Part shown: positions 9,301-18,748 of the stretch, piece after piece
Position numbering within the stretch: position 1 is the stretch's first letter
Layout of the letters: the number at the start of each line of letters is the position of its first letter
Notes under the pieces: generated by a model
Seen by the model: the letters and a program-made list of their open reading frames with translations, nothing else
What the model was told of the DNA's origin: nothing
Database searches by the model: none
NCBI GenBank assembly: GCA_038145765.1
Contig: JAYQQG010000002.1
Location: forward strand, 8,449-72,448
DNA length: 64,000 nucleotides
Reading direction: 5' to 3'
From: Verrucomicrobiales bacterium
GTDB lineage: Bacteria; Verrucomicrobiota; Verrucomicrobiia; Limisphaerales; UBA1100
Position numbers and translations under genes: made by a program

Positions 9301-10611
9301 CTCGTGCAAATCCGCGGGCCCGAAGCCTTGGCCGGACTCAAACAGCTGGCTGCAGCGGACCAACCCGCTGCCACCCGACAGGCGGCGGCCCGTGCCCTGG
9401 GCCGGATGAATTTGAAAGGTTCGCTCAACGAAATCTTCGCTGTGCTGCGTGATACCAAGAACGACAACGCCGCGCTGGAACTCTGGCGCAGCCTGCTCAG
9501 CACGCGTGACGCCGGCGGTGTATTGGCCGGCGGCGTGGCTGGGGCGCAGTTGCCCAAGCCCGTGGCCAATGCCGGCCTACGGGCGGCTCGTGAAGGCGGT
9601 CGCAATGAAAAGGGATTGGTCGAAGCCTTGGCGCGGTCACAAAATATTTCGTTGCTTACCCAGCAAATGAACGCCACCGAACTCAAAGCACTGGCCGCGC
9701 GCGCCATGAAAGAGGGGGATCCGTTTGCCGGTGAAAAAGTTTATCGTCGTCAGGCACTGGCCTGCACGGTGTGTCACGCCATCGGCGGGGCCGGCGGCAA
9801 GGTGGGGCCGGACTTCACCTCGATTGGGGCCAGTGCGCAGCCCGATTATCTGATCGAATCCATCCTGTACCCGAACCGCAAGATCAAGGAAGGCTACCAC
9901 TCGGTGGTGGTGGAAACCAAGGATGACCGTTCATTGGTGGGAGTGCAGGTGAGCGAAACCGGCTCGGAGATTGTGCTACGCGATGCCGCCGACAAGCTGG
10001 TGTCCATTCCACGCAATCAGGTGCGCCGTAAAATTAACGGCCAATCACTCATGCCGCCGGCCTTGATTTTGAGCCTGACCGAACAGGAGCAGCTGGACCT
10101 CTATCGGTTCCTGGCCGAGCTGGGCAAGGCGGGGCCGTTTGATGCCACCCATACCGGGGTGGCGCGGACCTGGCGGCTCTTGCCGGGCACGCATCGGGTG
10201 GAGCAATACGGCATTGAGAAGATTGTGCAGGAAGGCTTTGAGAAAAAATGGTCCAACCATGTGCTCGGTGCCGGCAACAACGCCGGTTGGAAAGTTCTCT
10301 CCTCCCGTGTGAACGGCGACTTGCCGGCTGAAGACATTACCGAACTCACGGCCGTTGGCCGCCACGTTGGGTTGGTGCATGTGTTTGCCGGAACCTATTT
10401 TGAGAAACAAAAGGCCGGGAAAGTATCCTTCAAACTGCCCGCCTCAGTGAAGGCGGATGCGTGGATCGACGGGCGGTCGCTCGGGCGTGCCAATGAATTC
10501 ACGGCTCAAGTGGCCGCCGGCAAACATCGAATTGTGCTGCGTCTGGATGCCAAAGCACTGCCCAAAATCCTGAGGCTGGAATCAGGCGACGTAGTGTTCC
10601 TTAATGAATAG
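6319..10611 (+). CDS. PVC-type heme-binding CxxCH protein: N-terminal SGNH-like domain, dehydrogenase-like beta-propeller, HEAT-like repeats and a cytochrome c domain
   Basis: 1430 aa with a signal peptide. The N-terminal domain is SGNH-like (VAFLGDTFIE ... NGIHP). A propeller region follows (PIQMNFDPQGRLWVATS, GKADEKRIVLSGFG, HTLHTLRWGHDGRLYF, PDGALYIADW), then a long helical-repeat region. A single CxxCH (CTVCH) lies at nt 9763-9777, followed by GPDFTSIG...MP. Confidence 0.85.
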   Translation: MRTLYSLLIVLTALTSMAREQAFELKDGDRVAFLGDTFIERMQVHNYLELRLTTAWPNRNITFRNLGWSGDTPRGVSRAGLSLQQAGREPADEGWKQLQKQIELVKPTVVFLGYGMASSFENQPEQFGKDMRVLKEAVLKAAGGAVRFVVLSPLRHEHLGGGLPDPAAHNRQLAAYTKELQRMAAADGDVFVSLFNAASLQNGNASVTENGIHPVARGYDRVAREICGQLGVPTHPRLNTLAATTLRTVMARKNQLFFDRSRPQNMAYIFGFRKHEQGNNAVEIPAFDPLVTEQEKLIAARRDLKPLPPVPPAKPEAPIRNPQPMPKFDTAEGVEISLFAENPSLAKPIQMNFDPQGRLWVATSEVYPQVKPGQVANDKIVVLQDTTGDGRADKTEVFAEGLFIPTAVEPGDGGCYVGQSTELLHFKDTNGDGKADEKRIVLSGFGTEDTHHTLHTLRWGHDGRLYFNQSIYIRSHLETPHGVVRLKSGGIMWLRPDTQEAGVQYRGWCNPWGHHFNRHGQSFVTDGAGFQGISYAIPGAMYFTYAGGRRIMESVSPGNFPKFAGLEIVSGPQLPKDYQGQAITCDFRAHRIVRFNLTENGAGYAAEHLGDFIRSSSASFRPIDVKQGPDGALYIADWANPIIQHGEVDFRDPRRDKVHGRIWRVTFKGQPAKKPRDFTKDNNAALLDTLLTENAYDQAKARRVLHERGKGILPDLKQWLSRHGENETAQMEALWLHEAVDVVNASLLMLTLEANDARVRAAAMRVLAHWHDRLTTTQLHAAAGIRDKHPRVRLEAMRVYAEMKDSTTAHQYAQFALQALDQPMDKFLDYGLWLTMNELAEPFVRGMQNGALNFKGKTHHAEFALSALQPGQSGALISQLVRQRPLSADGAGPMIELVGAAGGPGELAILYKQLREGGFESATQPRVLAALARAASFRNVRPNGDLSGVEKFLNTEDDATRNFAVQLAGAWKRAELVKPLLVMAAEGSGVAFDSLVQIRGPEALAGLKQLAAADQPAATRQAAARALGRMNLKGSLNEIFAVLRDTKNDNAALELWRSLLSTRDAGGVLAGGVAGAQLPKPVANAGLRAAREGGRNEKGLVEALARSQNISLLTQQMNATELKALAARAMKEGDPFAGEKVYRRQALACTVCHAIGGAGGKVGPDFTSIGASAQPDYLIESILYPNRKIKEGYHSVVVETKDDRSLVGVQVSETGSEIVLRDAADKLVSIPRNQVRRKINGQSLMPPALILSLTEQEQLDLYRFLAELGKAGPFDATHTGVARTWRLLPGTHRVEQYGIEKIVQEGFEKKWSNHVLGAGNNAGWKVLSSRVNGDLPAEDITELTAVGRHVGLVHVFAGTYFEKQKAGKVSFKLPASVKADAWIDGRSLGRANEFTAQVAAGKHRIVLRLDAKALPKILRLESGDVVFLNE

Positions 10612-11806
10612 CGCAAACCGGCGCCGACGACAGATGTTTTTCCTCTTTGTCTTCGTCATTCTCAGCATCACCTACACGTGGGTGGGCTGGCGACTGATCC
10701 GGCCGATGGAGGCCGGTTCGAGCTGGCGTTGGGTGGTCATTGGCTCGTTGGCGGCGCATTTTGTTTCCGTCTTTGTCAGCTTTGCCATCCTCCGAAGTCT
10801 GGGACCAGGAGGCTGGGCGGGTCCGTTGTATTGGATGGCGTATGGCGGCATGGGATTGTTCTCATTAATCTTCACCGGCATGGTGGCAATGGAGTTAGGC
10901 GTTTGGGGTGCGGGCACGTTGGGGCAATGGCGGAAAACAGAAACTATTCCGACAGATTCGGAGCGGCGCCGGTTCTTTCATCAGACCGCCAATCTCGGGG
11001 TTTTGGGGGCGTCGGCCTTGGCGGGGGTTTTTGGCGTGTGGCGCGCGCGGCGGCATCCGGCCGTTGTGGAGGTGAAAGTGCCCATCGAGAATCTTCCTGA
11101 TGAATTGGATGGCTATCGGATTGCGCAAATTTCGGATCTGCATCTGGGCCCCACCTTGTCCGCGAAGTTCATGCGCCGCGTGGTGCATTCGGTGAACGGC
11201 CTTAAGCCGGACATGGTGGCGGTAACCGGGGATTTGGTCGATGGATCAACCACCCACCTGGCCGGGCACGTGGCGCCGCTCAAGGAAATCATCAGCCGGG
11301 ATGGCACCTTCTTTGTGACGGGTAATCACGAGTATTATTCCGGCGCGGAGCCTTGGTGTCGGACCTTGTCTGAGCTGGGGCTTAATGTGTTGAATAATGC
11401 CCACTCCATCGTTCAGCGCGGCGCGGCCAAGCTACTGGTGGCGGGGGTAAACGATTACCGCGCACACAAGATTTTGCCGTCACACCGGTCGGACCCGGCC
11501 GCTGCTGTAGCCGGTGCACCGGAGTGCGATGCACGCGTGTTACTCGCGCATCAACCCGGCTCGTGCCTTGACGCGAAGGAGCAGGCGTTTGACCTCCAGC
11601 TTTCCGGCCATACGCATGGCGGTCAGTTTTTTCCGTGGAACTTTGTCGTGGGCAGTTTTCATCCCTTTCACCGAGGACTCAATGCTTGGCAAAAAGGATG
11701 GGTGTACGTGAGCCGCGGCACCGGATACTGGGGGCCGCCGATGCGGATTGGCACGGAATCGGAAATCACCCTTCTCACGCTCACGCGAAAAGTTGGCAAA
11801 AGCTGA
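10604..11806 (+). CDS. Membrane-anchored metallophosphoesterase (YkuE/YaeI-like)
   Basis: 400 aa. N-terminal hydrophobic helices are followed by calcineurin-like phosphoesterase motifs: SDLHLG, TGDLVDG, GNHEY, LAHQP, SGHTHGGQ. It overlaps the upstream stop by 8 nt. Confidence 0.85.
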   Translation: MNSANRRRRQMFFLFVFVILSITYTWVGWRLIRPMEAGSSWRWVVIGSLAAHFVSVFVSFAILRSLGPGGWAGPLYWMAYGGMGLFSLIFTGMVAMELGVWGAGTLGQWRKTETIPTDSERRRFFHQTANLGVLGASALAGVFGVWRARRHPAVVEVKVPIENLPDELDGYRIAQISDLHLGPTLSAKFMRRVVHSVNGLKPDMVAVTGDLVDGSTTHLAGHVAPLKEIISRDGTFFVTGNHEYYSGAEPWCRTLSELGLNVLNNAHSIVQRGAAKLLVAGVNDYRAHKILPSHRSDPAAAVAGAPECDARVLLAHQPGSCLDAKEQAFDLQLSGHTHGGQFFPWNFVVGSFHPFHRGLNAWQKGWVYVSRGTGYWGPPMRIGTESEITLLTLTRKVGKS

Positions 11807-11833
11807 ATCGCTCGCGTAATCTTTCAACCCGTC

Positions 11834-14800
11834 ATGAGACTCCCCGCGCTCATTTTGGTTTGCGCTGCCGGCACCCTTGCTTCCGCCCAGCCGTTGCCCG
11901 AGGTCATTGAGTTCAATCGCGATATCCGGCCGATTCTGGCGGACACCTGTTTCCAATGTCACGGCCCAGATGCGGGGCAGCGGAAGGCCAAGCTGCGGTT
12001 GGATCAGGAGGCGGGGGCGTTCGCGGAGAAGGGTGGGGTGGCGCCGTTTGTGCCGCGGAAGCCGATGGAGAGCGAGGCTTATCAGCGGATCATTTCGGAT
12101 ATCCCCGATGAACAAATGCCGCCGCCGAATTCACAGCGGCAATTGTCCGCACGCCAGAAGGAATTGATCCGCCGCTGGATTGAGCAGGGGGCGGATTGGC
12201 AGCAGCATTGGGCGTTCATTCCGCCGAAACGCCCGGCTTTACCCGAGGTGAAGGACGGGCGTTGGCCGGCCAATGGCATCGATCATTTCATCCTCGCTCG
12301 ATTGGAGGCGGAAGAGTTGAAACCGTCGGCACCGGCGGAGATGAGCACCTTGCTTCGACGGGTGGCATTGGATCTCACCGGCTTGCCACCGACCCCGGCG
12401 GAAGTGGCGGCGGTTCTCGAGGATAAATCACCACGGGCCTACGAGCAGTTTGTCGATCGGTTGCTGGCTTCACCGCGGTACGGCGAGCGCATGGCGTTTC
12501 GGTGGCTGGATGCCGCGCGTTACGCGGATACCAGCGGGTATCAATCCGACGGGCCGCGTACGATGTGGCGCTGGCGCGATTGGGTGATTGAAGCCTACAA
12601 CCGCAACCTGCCGTTTGATCAATTCACCATTGAGCAATTGGCCGGTGACCTGTTGCCCAACGCCACGCTCGAGCAGCGCATCGCCACCGGTTTCAACCGA
12701 AATCATCGCGGCAACGCCGAGGGCGGGAGTATTCCGGAGGAGTTTCAGGTGGAGTACGTGGTGGATCGCGTGGACACCACGGCCACGGTTTGGATGGGGC
12801 TCACGCTCGGTTGCGCGCGCTGCCATGATCACAAGTACGATCCGTTTTCGCAGAAGGAATTCTATCAGCTGTACGCTTTCTTCAATAACATCCCGGAGTT
12901 TGGCCGCGCACTGAAGTACGGCAACTCGCCGCCCTTCATCAAGAGCCCCACGCGTGCCCAGCAGAAAACCTTGGCCGGACTGGACGCCAAGGTGCACCAG
13001 GCGCAGATCCAGCTCGCGGTGATGGAGAAACAACACGCCCCCACCGAACGCGCTTGGCGATCCGGCCTGAAAAACAAGCGGGTGGCCGGTTGGGTGCCGG
13101 ACGAAGGGTTGATGGCGCATTATCCACTGGGGCGTGATCCGTACGATGCGCTTGCCCAGCAGCGCACCTCAAAAGTGTCCCTTGGCAAGCTGCGCCATCG
13201 GTACGGTGCGATTGGGCTCGGGGCGGAATTCAACGGGCGCCAACACATCGATGCCGGTGACCGGGGCGGGTTCAACTATTTCGATCGATTCAGCTTTAGC
13301 GTTTGGGTGAAAGGCGCGCGCAATGGCGCGGTGCTGACCCGCACGCGGCCCGGCAGCAAGGAAAGCGGCTGGGGCTTGTGGCTCGTGGACGGCAAGGTGC
13401 AGGTGAATTTTGTGGAACGCTGGCTGGACGATGCTTTGCGGCTGGAAACGGAGCAGACAATCGATGCGGGCGAATGGACGCATATCGCGGTGACGTACGA
13501 TGGCCGGCCAGTGCCGGAGCGCGTGCGGATATATGTGAACGGCCGCCCGCAGAAACTTCGGGTGAATCTCGATCTGTTGAATCAGGATTTTTATGAGGAG
13601 AAACAGCCGCTGCGCATCGGCGGCGTGGGCGGGCCGATTGCGACCTTTCGCGGGATGATCGATGAGGTGCGGTTATACGATCGCGTGTTGCGGCCGGCTG
13701 AAGCGCAGGCACTGAGCGTGCGTGCCTCAATTCAGCAATTGGCGGCGGCAGCGGAATTGACCGGGGCGATGGAAGCCAAGTTGCGTTTGGCATTTCGTCA
13801 GCAACATGGACCGGCGGGTTTGCAGGCAGCCTATGGGGATCTGTTGAAGGCAAACCGTGCGCGGGCGCAATTTGTGGAATCGTTGCCCACAACGATGGTC
13901 ATGGCTGAGATGTCCGATCAACGGCCCACGCATGTGCTCAACCGGGGCGCGTACGATCAACCGGGTGATCGCGTGCAGGCGGCGGTGCCGGCGGTATTGC
14001 CGGCGTGGGGCAAGGAACAGAAACGCGATCGGTTGGGCTTGGCGAAATGGCTGACACAGCCGGAGCATCCGCTGACCGCGCGCGTGGCGGTGAACCAGCT
14101 TTGGCAGCAGTGCTTCGGGCGGGGATTGGTGCGGACAGCCGAAGATTTCGGCGCGCAAGGCGAATGGCCAAGCCACCCGGCGCTACTCGATTGGTTGGCC
14201 ACTGAATACACGCGCCTTGGCTGGGATACCAAGGCGATGTTGAAACGGATCGTGATGAGCCGCACCTATCGCCAAAGTTCGCGATGGACGCCGGCGGCCG
14301 AAAAGGACCCCCAAAATGTGTTGCTGGTCCGCGGCCCCCGGCTGAGGCTGAGCGCGGAGATGATCCGGGATCAGGCGTTGATGGTCAGCGGGTTGCTGCA
14401 TGAACAACTGGGCGGACCTTCAGTGAAACCGTATCAGCCGGAAGGATTGTGGAAAGAGATCGCGTCCACCAAAGATTACGAGCAATCCAAGGGAACCGAT
14501 TTGTACCGGCGCAGCCTGTACACTTACATCAAGCGCACGGTGACCCCGCCGTTGATGGCAACCTTTGACGCGTCGCCCCGCGAGGCCTGCCTCGTGCGGC
14601 AGGCACGCACCAGCACCCCGCTGCAGGCATTGGCCCTGATGAATGATGTGACCTTTGTGGAAGCCGCCCGCGTGTTTGCCCAACAAGCCTTGAGTCAGGC
14701 GACGACCGCGGAGGGGCGTCTGCGTTTTTTGTTTGAGCGAGCTACTTTGCGAAAGCCGGCCCCGAGTGAAATGCGCATTTTAAAAGCCGGATTGGATCGA

Positions 14801-14959
14801 CATCGAAAAGCCTACGAAGCGGATGTCGGAGCGGCAGCGGCCTTGATTGCCGTGGGTGAAACGCCGGTGCCCGCCAAAACCGATGCAACCGAACTGGCAG
14901 CCTTCACGGTGGTGGCCAAGATGATTTTGAATCTCGACGAGGTGATTACAAAGCAATGA
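11834..14959 (+). CDS. PSCyt/PSD1 (DUF1549/DUF1553-type) planctomycete cytochrome-c-domain protein with an internal LamG-like insert
   Basis: 1041 aa with a signal peptide. CFQCH lies at nt 11948-11962. Characteristic strings are IDHFILARLE, RRVALDLTGLPPT, YGERMAFRWLDAARYADTSGY, CARCHDHKYDPFSQKEFY and, near the C-terminus, PSD1-like PLQALALMND. The central GxWTHIAVTYDG...RIYVNG...IDEVRLYDR pattern looks like a concanavalin/LamG domain. Confidence 0.85.
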   Translation: MRLPALILVCAAGTLASAQPLPEVIEFNRDIRPILADTCFQCHGPDAGQRKAKLRLDQEAGAFAEKGGVAPFVPRKPMESEAYQRIISDIPDEQMPPPNSQRQLSARQKELIRRWIEQGADWQQHWAFIPPKRPALPEVKDGRWPANGIDHFILARLEAEELKPSAPAEMSTLLRRVALDLTGLPPTPAEVAAVLEDKSPRAYEQFVDRLLASPRYGERMAFRWLDAARYADTSGYQSDGPRTMWRWRDWVIEAYNRNLPFDQFTIEQLAGDLLPNATLEQRIATGFNRNHRGNAEGGSIPEEFQVEYVVDRVDTTATVWMGLTLGCARCHDHKYDPFSQKEFYQLYAFFNNIPEFGRALKYGNSPPFIKSPTRAQQKTLAGLDAKVHQAQIQLAVMEKQHAPTERAWRSGLKNKRVAGWVPDEGLMAHYPLGRDPYDALAQQRTSKVSLGKLRHRYGAIGLGAEFNGRQHIDAGDRGGFNYFDRFSFSVWVKGARNGAVLTRTRPGSKESGWGLWLVDGKVQVNFVERWLDDALRLETEQTIDAGEWTHIAVTYDGRPVPERVRIYVNGRPQKLRVNLDLLNQDFYEEKQPLRIGGVGGPIATFRGMIDEVRLYDRVLRPAEAQALSVRASIQQLAAAAELTGAMEAKLRLAFRQQHGPAGLQAAYGDLLKANRARAQFVESLPTTMVMAEMSDQRPTHVLNRGAYDQPGDRVQAAVPAVLPAWGKEQKRDRLGLAKWLTQPEHPLTARVAVNQLWQQCFGRGLVRTAEDFGAQGEWPSHPALLDWLATEYTRLGWDTKAMLKRIVMSRTYRQSSRWTPAAEKDPQNVLLVRGPRLRLSAEMIRDQALMVSGLLHEQLGGPSVKPYQPEGLWKEIASTKDYEQSKGTDLYRRSLYTYIKRTVTPPLMATFDASPREACLVRQARTSTPLQALALMNDVTFVEAARVFAQQALSQATTAEGRLRFLFERATLRKPAPSEMRILKAGLDRHRKAYEADVGAAAALIAVGETPVPAKTDATELAAFTVVAKMILNLDEVITKQ

Positions 14960-14966
14960 CTAATTT

Positions 14967-14985
14967 GTAATGACGAATGCCCAAT
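14967..14985. repeat. Left arm of the inverted repeat bracketing the four-helix-bundle ORF (GTAATGAC-GAATGCCCAAT), embedded in a run of AATGAC motifs
   Basis: The reverse complement of 15406-15429 is CGTAATGACTAGTGAATGCCCAAT. This matches 14967-14985 apart from a 5-nt indel. Further AATGAC copies lie at 14955-60, 14969-74, 14987-92 and 15001-06. Confidence 0.75.
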
Positions 14986-15001
14986 GAATGACTAGGCTCC
15001 A

Positions 15002-15403
15002 ATGACTATGGAATCGGAACATGCTGAGGCGAGACCGTCAGCCAAGTTTGACTTGGAGGAGCGGACGGCTTTATTTGGTGAGGCGGTTATTCGTTTTGCT
15101 AAGACGATTCCCAGGGACACCGTAACAACTACATTAATTTCGCAGATCGTGCGGTCAGGCACCAGTGTGGGGGCGAATTATTGCGAAGCAGACGACGGCG
15201 TTTCAAAGAAGGATTTTTTGAACAAGATCGGCATCTGCAATAAGGAAGCGCGCGAAACCGAGCATTGGCTTCGCATGCTGGCGACTGCGGACGAAGCCAA
15301 GCGCGACCAATGCCACGAACTCTGGCAGGAAGCTAAGGAGCTTCACCTCATTTTTGCCGCCATCATCCGCAAGGGAAAGCAATCCACTCAATCTCGTCAT
15401 TAG
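15002..15403 (+). CDS. Four-helix-bundle protein (23S rRNA intervening-sequence protein family)
   Basis: 133 aa. The family-typical pattern is FAKTIPRDTVTTTLISQIVRSGTSVGANYCEADDGVSKKDFLNKIGICNKEARETEHWLRML. Confidence 0.85.
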   Translation: MTMESEHAEARPSAKFDLEERTALFGEAVIRFAKTIPRDTVTTTLISQIVRSGTSVGANYCEADDGVSKKDFLNKIGICNKEARETEHWLRMLATADEAKRDQCHELWQEAKELHLIFAAIIRKGKQSTQSRH

Positions 15404-15405
15404 AA

Positions 15406-15429
15406 ATTGGGCATTCACTAGTCATTACG
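15406..15429. repeat. Right arm of the inverted repeat bracketing the four-helix-bundle ORF (ATTGGGCATTCACTAGTCATTACG)
   Basis: See the left arm for the alignment. More CATTA/TCATT motifs follow up to the DUF1501 start codon (15430-15451). Confidence 0.75.
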
Positions 15430-15451
15430 CATTACTCATTAGACATTCACC

Positions 15452-16867
15452 ATGAACCAATTTGTCGACCATCAGCTAAACACAAACCGCCGCTTTTTCT
15501 TTGGCCGTTTGGGGCTGGGGACGGCGGCGTTGGCGATGCTGGGGAGGCAGGAGGGGCTGGGGGCGCCCGCGACGGGGCTGCATTTTGCGCCCAAAGTGAA
15601 GCGGGTGATTTACCTATTCCAATCGGGTGCCCCGTCTCAGATGGATTTATTCGATCCCAAGCCGAAGATGGCGCGGATGTTTGGGGATGATTTGCCGGAT
15701 TCGATCCGCAAGGGCCAACGGCTCACGGGGATGACGGCGACGCAGGGCCGGTTTCCGGTGGCGCCTTCCCGATACCGTTTCAAGGCGCACGGTCAATCGG
15801 GCACAGAACTCAGCGAACTGCTGCCGCACACGGCGAAGCACGCGGATGACTTGTGCGTGATCCGTTCGATGCATACGGAGGCCATTAATCATGATCCGGC
15901 GATCACCTTTTTTCAGACGGGTGCGCAGTTGTCCGGCCGACCGAGCATCGGCTCTTGGTTGAGCTACGGGTTGGGCAGTCTCAACGAGAATCTGCCGGCG
16001 ATTGTGGCGCTGGTCTCCGGCGAAGGCGGTCAGCCGCTTTATGACCGCCTCTGGGGCAGCGGTTTTTTGCCGTCGAAATATCAGGGCGTGAAGTTCCGTT
16101 CGGTGGGCGATCCGGTCTTGTTTTTGTCCGACCCCAAAGGCATTGGACGGGAAACGCGGCGGCGGATGCTCGATGATTTATCGGTTTTAAACGAGCTCAA
16201 CCGTGAGCGCTTTGGCGATCCGGAAATTGCCACGCGCATTGCGCAGTACGAGATGGCCTATCGCATGCAGACGAGTGTGCCGGAGCTGCTCGATACCTCC
16301 AAGGAACCCGAGCACATCACCAAGACTTACGGTCCGGATGTGGCCAAACGCGGGACGTATGCCGCCAATTGTCTTTTGGCGCGCCGTCTGTGCGAGCGCG
16401 GGGTGCGGTTCGTGCAGCTCTTTCATCGCGGCTGGGATCATCACACGGATCTGCCGGAGAAAATTACCGACCTGACCCGCGCCACCGACCAGCCGACCGC
16501 CGCATTGTTGGCGGATCTCAAGCAACGCGGTTTATTGAAGGATACACTGGTGGTATGGGGCGGTGAATTTGGCCGGACGATTTATTGCCAGGGCAAACTG
16601 ACCCGCGAGAATTATGGTCGCGACCATCACCCGCGCTGTTTCTCCCTGTGGCTGGCCGGTGCCGGCGTTCGCGGTGGCATGGTGCATGGAGAGACGGATG
16701 ATTTTTCGTATAACATTACGCGTGACCCGGTGCATGTGCACGATCTGCACGCCACGATGTTGCACCTGATGGGCGTCGATCACGAACGGCTGACCTTCAA
16801 GTATCAGGGCCGCCACCATCGGTTGACGGATGTGCACGGGAAACTGGTGAAACCGATTATGGCCTAG
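15452..16867 (+). CDS. DUF1501 domain protein (sulfatase-like fold) with a Tat-type signal
   Basis: 471 aa. It has an N-terminal twin-arginine-like signal, [18 protein letters not shown]. Typical DUF1501 strings are [40 protein letters not shown] and GRDHHP. It is the usual partner of the PSD1/DUF1553 gene. Confidence 0.9.
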   Translation: MNQFVDHQLNTNRRFFFGRLGLGTAALAMLGRQEGLGAPATGLHFAPKVKRVIYLFQSGAPSQMDLFDPKPKMARMFGDDLPDSIRKGQRLTGMTATQGRFPVAPSRYRFKAHGQSGTELSELLPHTAKHADDLCVIRSMHTEAINHDPAITFFQTGAQLSGRPSIGSWLSYGLGSLNENLPAIVALVSGEGGQPLYDRLWGSGFLPSKYQGVKFRSVGDPVLFLSDPKGIGRETRRRMLDDLSVLNELNRERFGDPEIATRIAQYEMAYRMQTSVPELLDTSKEPEHITKTYGPDVAKRGTYAANCLLARRLCERGVRFVQLFHRGWDHHTDLPEKITDLTRATDQPTAALLADLKQRGLLKDTLVVWGGEFGRTIYCQGKLTRENYGRDHHPRCFSLWLAGAGVRGGMVHGETDDFSYNITRDPVHVHDLHATMLHLMGVDHERLTFKYQGRHHRLTDVHGKLVKPIMA

Positions 16868-17982
16868 AGCGTCACCACGCTTTTCTCGGCGTGCGATTGC
16901 AGGGCTGCCTGCCAAAGTTCATGGCTGGCGACGGCTTCCTCCACGGTGGCGCAGCCGAAACGATCACCTAAAGCACCGGCGCGTTCGGCTGCAAAAGCCG
17001 CCCACATTTGCAAATTGTAATCCGGAAAACCGGCTTCGAATATGCCGCCGGTGATGACGGGGAAGGTCATCGAATGCCCGAGATCCTGCCGGTTCCAACG
17101 CTGGCCGTTTTGGTTGTCGAAAATGAAAATTGAGTTGGCGTCGGTCGTGCTGTAGCGCACACCGCCCTCCGTTCCCAGCGCCTCGAAATACCAAGAGTTC
17201 GTCTGGCCGGGTGCTAGGCGTTTTTGTTCCAGGCGCATCGGCGCTACTTCTCCGCCGATTTCGACATCGCAATTCAACGTGGCATTGTCCCAGGTATCGC
17301 AGGGCGTCATGCCGCCCTGTCCATCGGGGCGTTCGGGGTAACCCTTTTGCAGTTGGGCAAACACGCGCTGCGGTTTCCAGCCGAGCCGGAAGGGGATGTG
17401 CACGGTGTGCATGCCCAGATCGCCCATTACGCCGATCTCGCCGCAGGTGGCCGACTGGCGTTTCCAATTGGCGGCTTTGGCTGGATCGAGATCGCTGCTA
17501 TGGAGAAAACCGGCTCGCACCTCCAGCACCCGCCCGAGCGCACCGGATTGGGCGTACTGAATCGCCCGCTGCGCGCCGGGCGCAAAGGGAAATTCTGAAC
17601 TGCACCGCACAAACCGGTCGCTGGCCTTCACGGCGTCAGCAATCCGCCGGGCGGCAGCGAGGTCGATACCGAAAGGCTTTTCGGCCAGCAGATCTTTGCC
17701 GGCAGCCAGCACGTCGCAGTAGATCGACTCGTGCAGATGATGCGGCACGGCGACGTAAACGGCATCGACATCATCGCGCGCAAGCAGTTCGCGGTGGTCG
17801 GTGGTGCGCAGTTGCACAGTGGGCACTTGGGTGAACCACTCGAGCAGATCCTCGCGCAGGTCACACACGGCGACCAGCTCGGCGCGCACGGACACGTCGG
17901 TGAGCGCAAACCACCGCCCGAAACAGGAAGCCGCCTCGCGCCCCATGAGGCCGCCGCCAATGATGCCGATACGCAGTGTCAT
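16864..17982 (-). CDS. Gfo/Idh/MocA family oxidoreductase
   Basis: 372 aa. It has an N-terminal Rossmann motif ([14 protein letters not shown]) and EKPF in [11 protein letters not shown]. Its stop shares the tetranucleotide CTAG with the stop of the DUF1501 gene. Confidence 0.85.
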   Translation of the reverse strand: MTLRIGIIGGGLMGREAASCFGRWFALTDVSVRAELVAVCDLREDLLEWFTQVPTVQLRTTDHRELLARDDVDAVYVAVPHHLHESIYCDVLAAGKDLLAEKPFGIDLAAARRIADAVKASDRFVRCSSEFPFAPGAQRAIQYAQSGALGRVLEVRAGFLHSSDLDPAKAANWKRQSATCGEIGVMGDLGMHTVHIPFRLGWKPQRVFAQLQKGYPERPDGQGGMTPCDTWDNATLNCDVEIGGEVAPMRLEQKRLAPGQTNSWYFEALGTEGGVRYSTTDANSIFIFDNQNGQRWNRQDLGHSMTFPVITGGIFEAGFPDYNLQMWAAFAAERAGALGDRFGCATVEEAVASHELWQAALQSHAEKSVVTL

Positions 17983-18380
17983 GGAGTGCTCTTGGGTTGC
18001 CCGAAGAATCGAATGGAAAATGGATAGGCATAAAGCCGACCTTGGGCCGATTCATAGGCACCGCGCAGGATGAAGAAAACATTCAGGTACGCCCAAATAC
18101 GCAGCAGTAAGCCCGCCGGTGCGGCAAGGGCATCCACTTTGCCGAGCAGAAACAGCACGACAAAATAAAGGGTCATTGCGAGTTGAAAATTGAGCACGGC
18201 GCGGCCGTGTTGATCGGTGGACGGGGAGCTATTCTTCCGAATCAGCCAGACGATTATCGGGCCGAACACATTCGCCACGGGAATCTTCACCAGCAACGCC
18301 AACGGGGCCAAATGGCAGCCTGTTTCCCATGCCCGATCTGTTTCAGCCACGGCGCAGGGTAGGCCGCGGCGGGGAAGCAA
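17979..18380 (-). CDS. DUF4870-like small membrane protein
   Basis: 133 aa. The pattern is HLAPLALL...GPIIVWLIRKNSSPSTDQHGRAVLNFQLAMTLYFVVLFLL ... GRLYAYPFSIRF. It forms an ATGA overlap with the downstream oxidoreductase start. The start codon is uncertain. Confidence 0.6.
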   Translation of the reverse strand: MLPRRGLPCAVAETDRAWETGCHLAPLALLVKIPVANVFGPIIVWLIRKNSSPSTDQHGRAVLNFQLAMTLYFVVLFLLGKVDALAAPAGLLLRIWAYLNVFFILRGAYESAQGRLYAYPFSIRFFGQPKSTP

Positions 18381-18448
18381 GTCAACTGTGGGTAAGTGGA
18401 GGTTGACGCAAAAGACACTCCAAGGTTTGCTTAGCGCAGGAGCTAAGG

Positions 18449-18748
18449 ATGGATAAAATCAGACACAAAATGGTGGTTGTGCTGGCGCTCACATTATTGT
18501 TCGCCGGAGAAGTAAACGCAAACCCGGCGGGTTCAGGTAAAGACGCGCCAGCAATTATTGCCGATGTGTTTATTTGTCGGCCTTTGGGGCTGATGGCGCT
18601 GACCGGCGGCAGTGCCCTGTACGTTTTAACGTTGCCATTCACTGTGCCTGCCAAGGGCAAGGAGGCTGCCAAGCGCACATTGGTGTTATTCCCGTATCAC
18701 TACACGTTTACCAGACAGTTGGGTGAGTTTCATGACGATGATCTTTAG
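18449..18748 (+). CDS. Hypothetical small secreted or membrane protein
   Basis: 99 aa. It has a signal-peptide-like N-terminus (MVVVLALTLLFAGEVNA) and one further hydrophobic segment. It overlaps the start region of the next gene. Confidence 0.4.
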   Translation: MDKIRHKMVVVLALTLLFAGEVNANPAGSGKDAPAIIADVFICRPLGLMALTGGSALYVLTLPFTVPAKGKEAAKRTLVLFPYHYTFTRQLGEFHDDDL

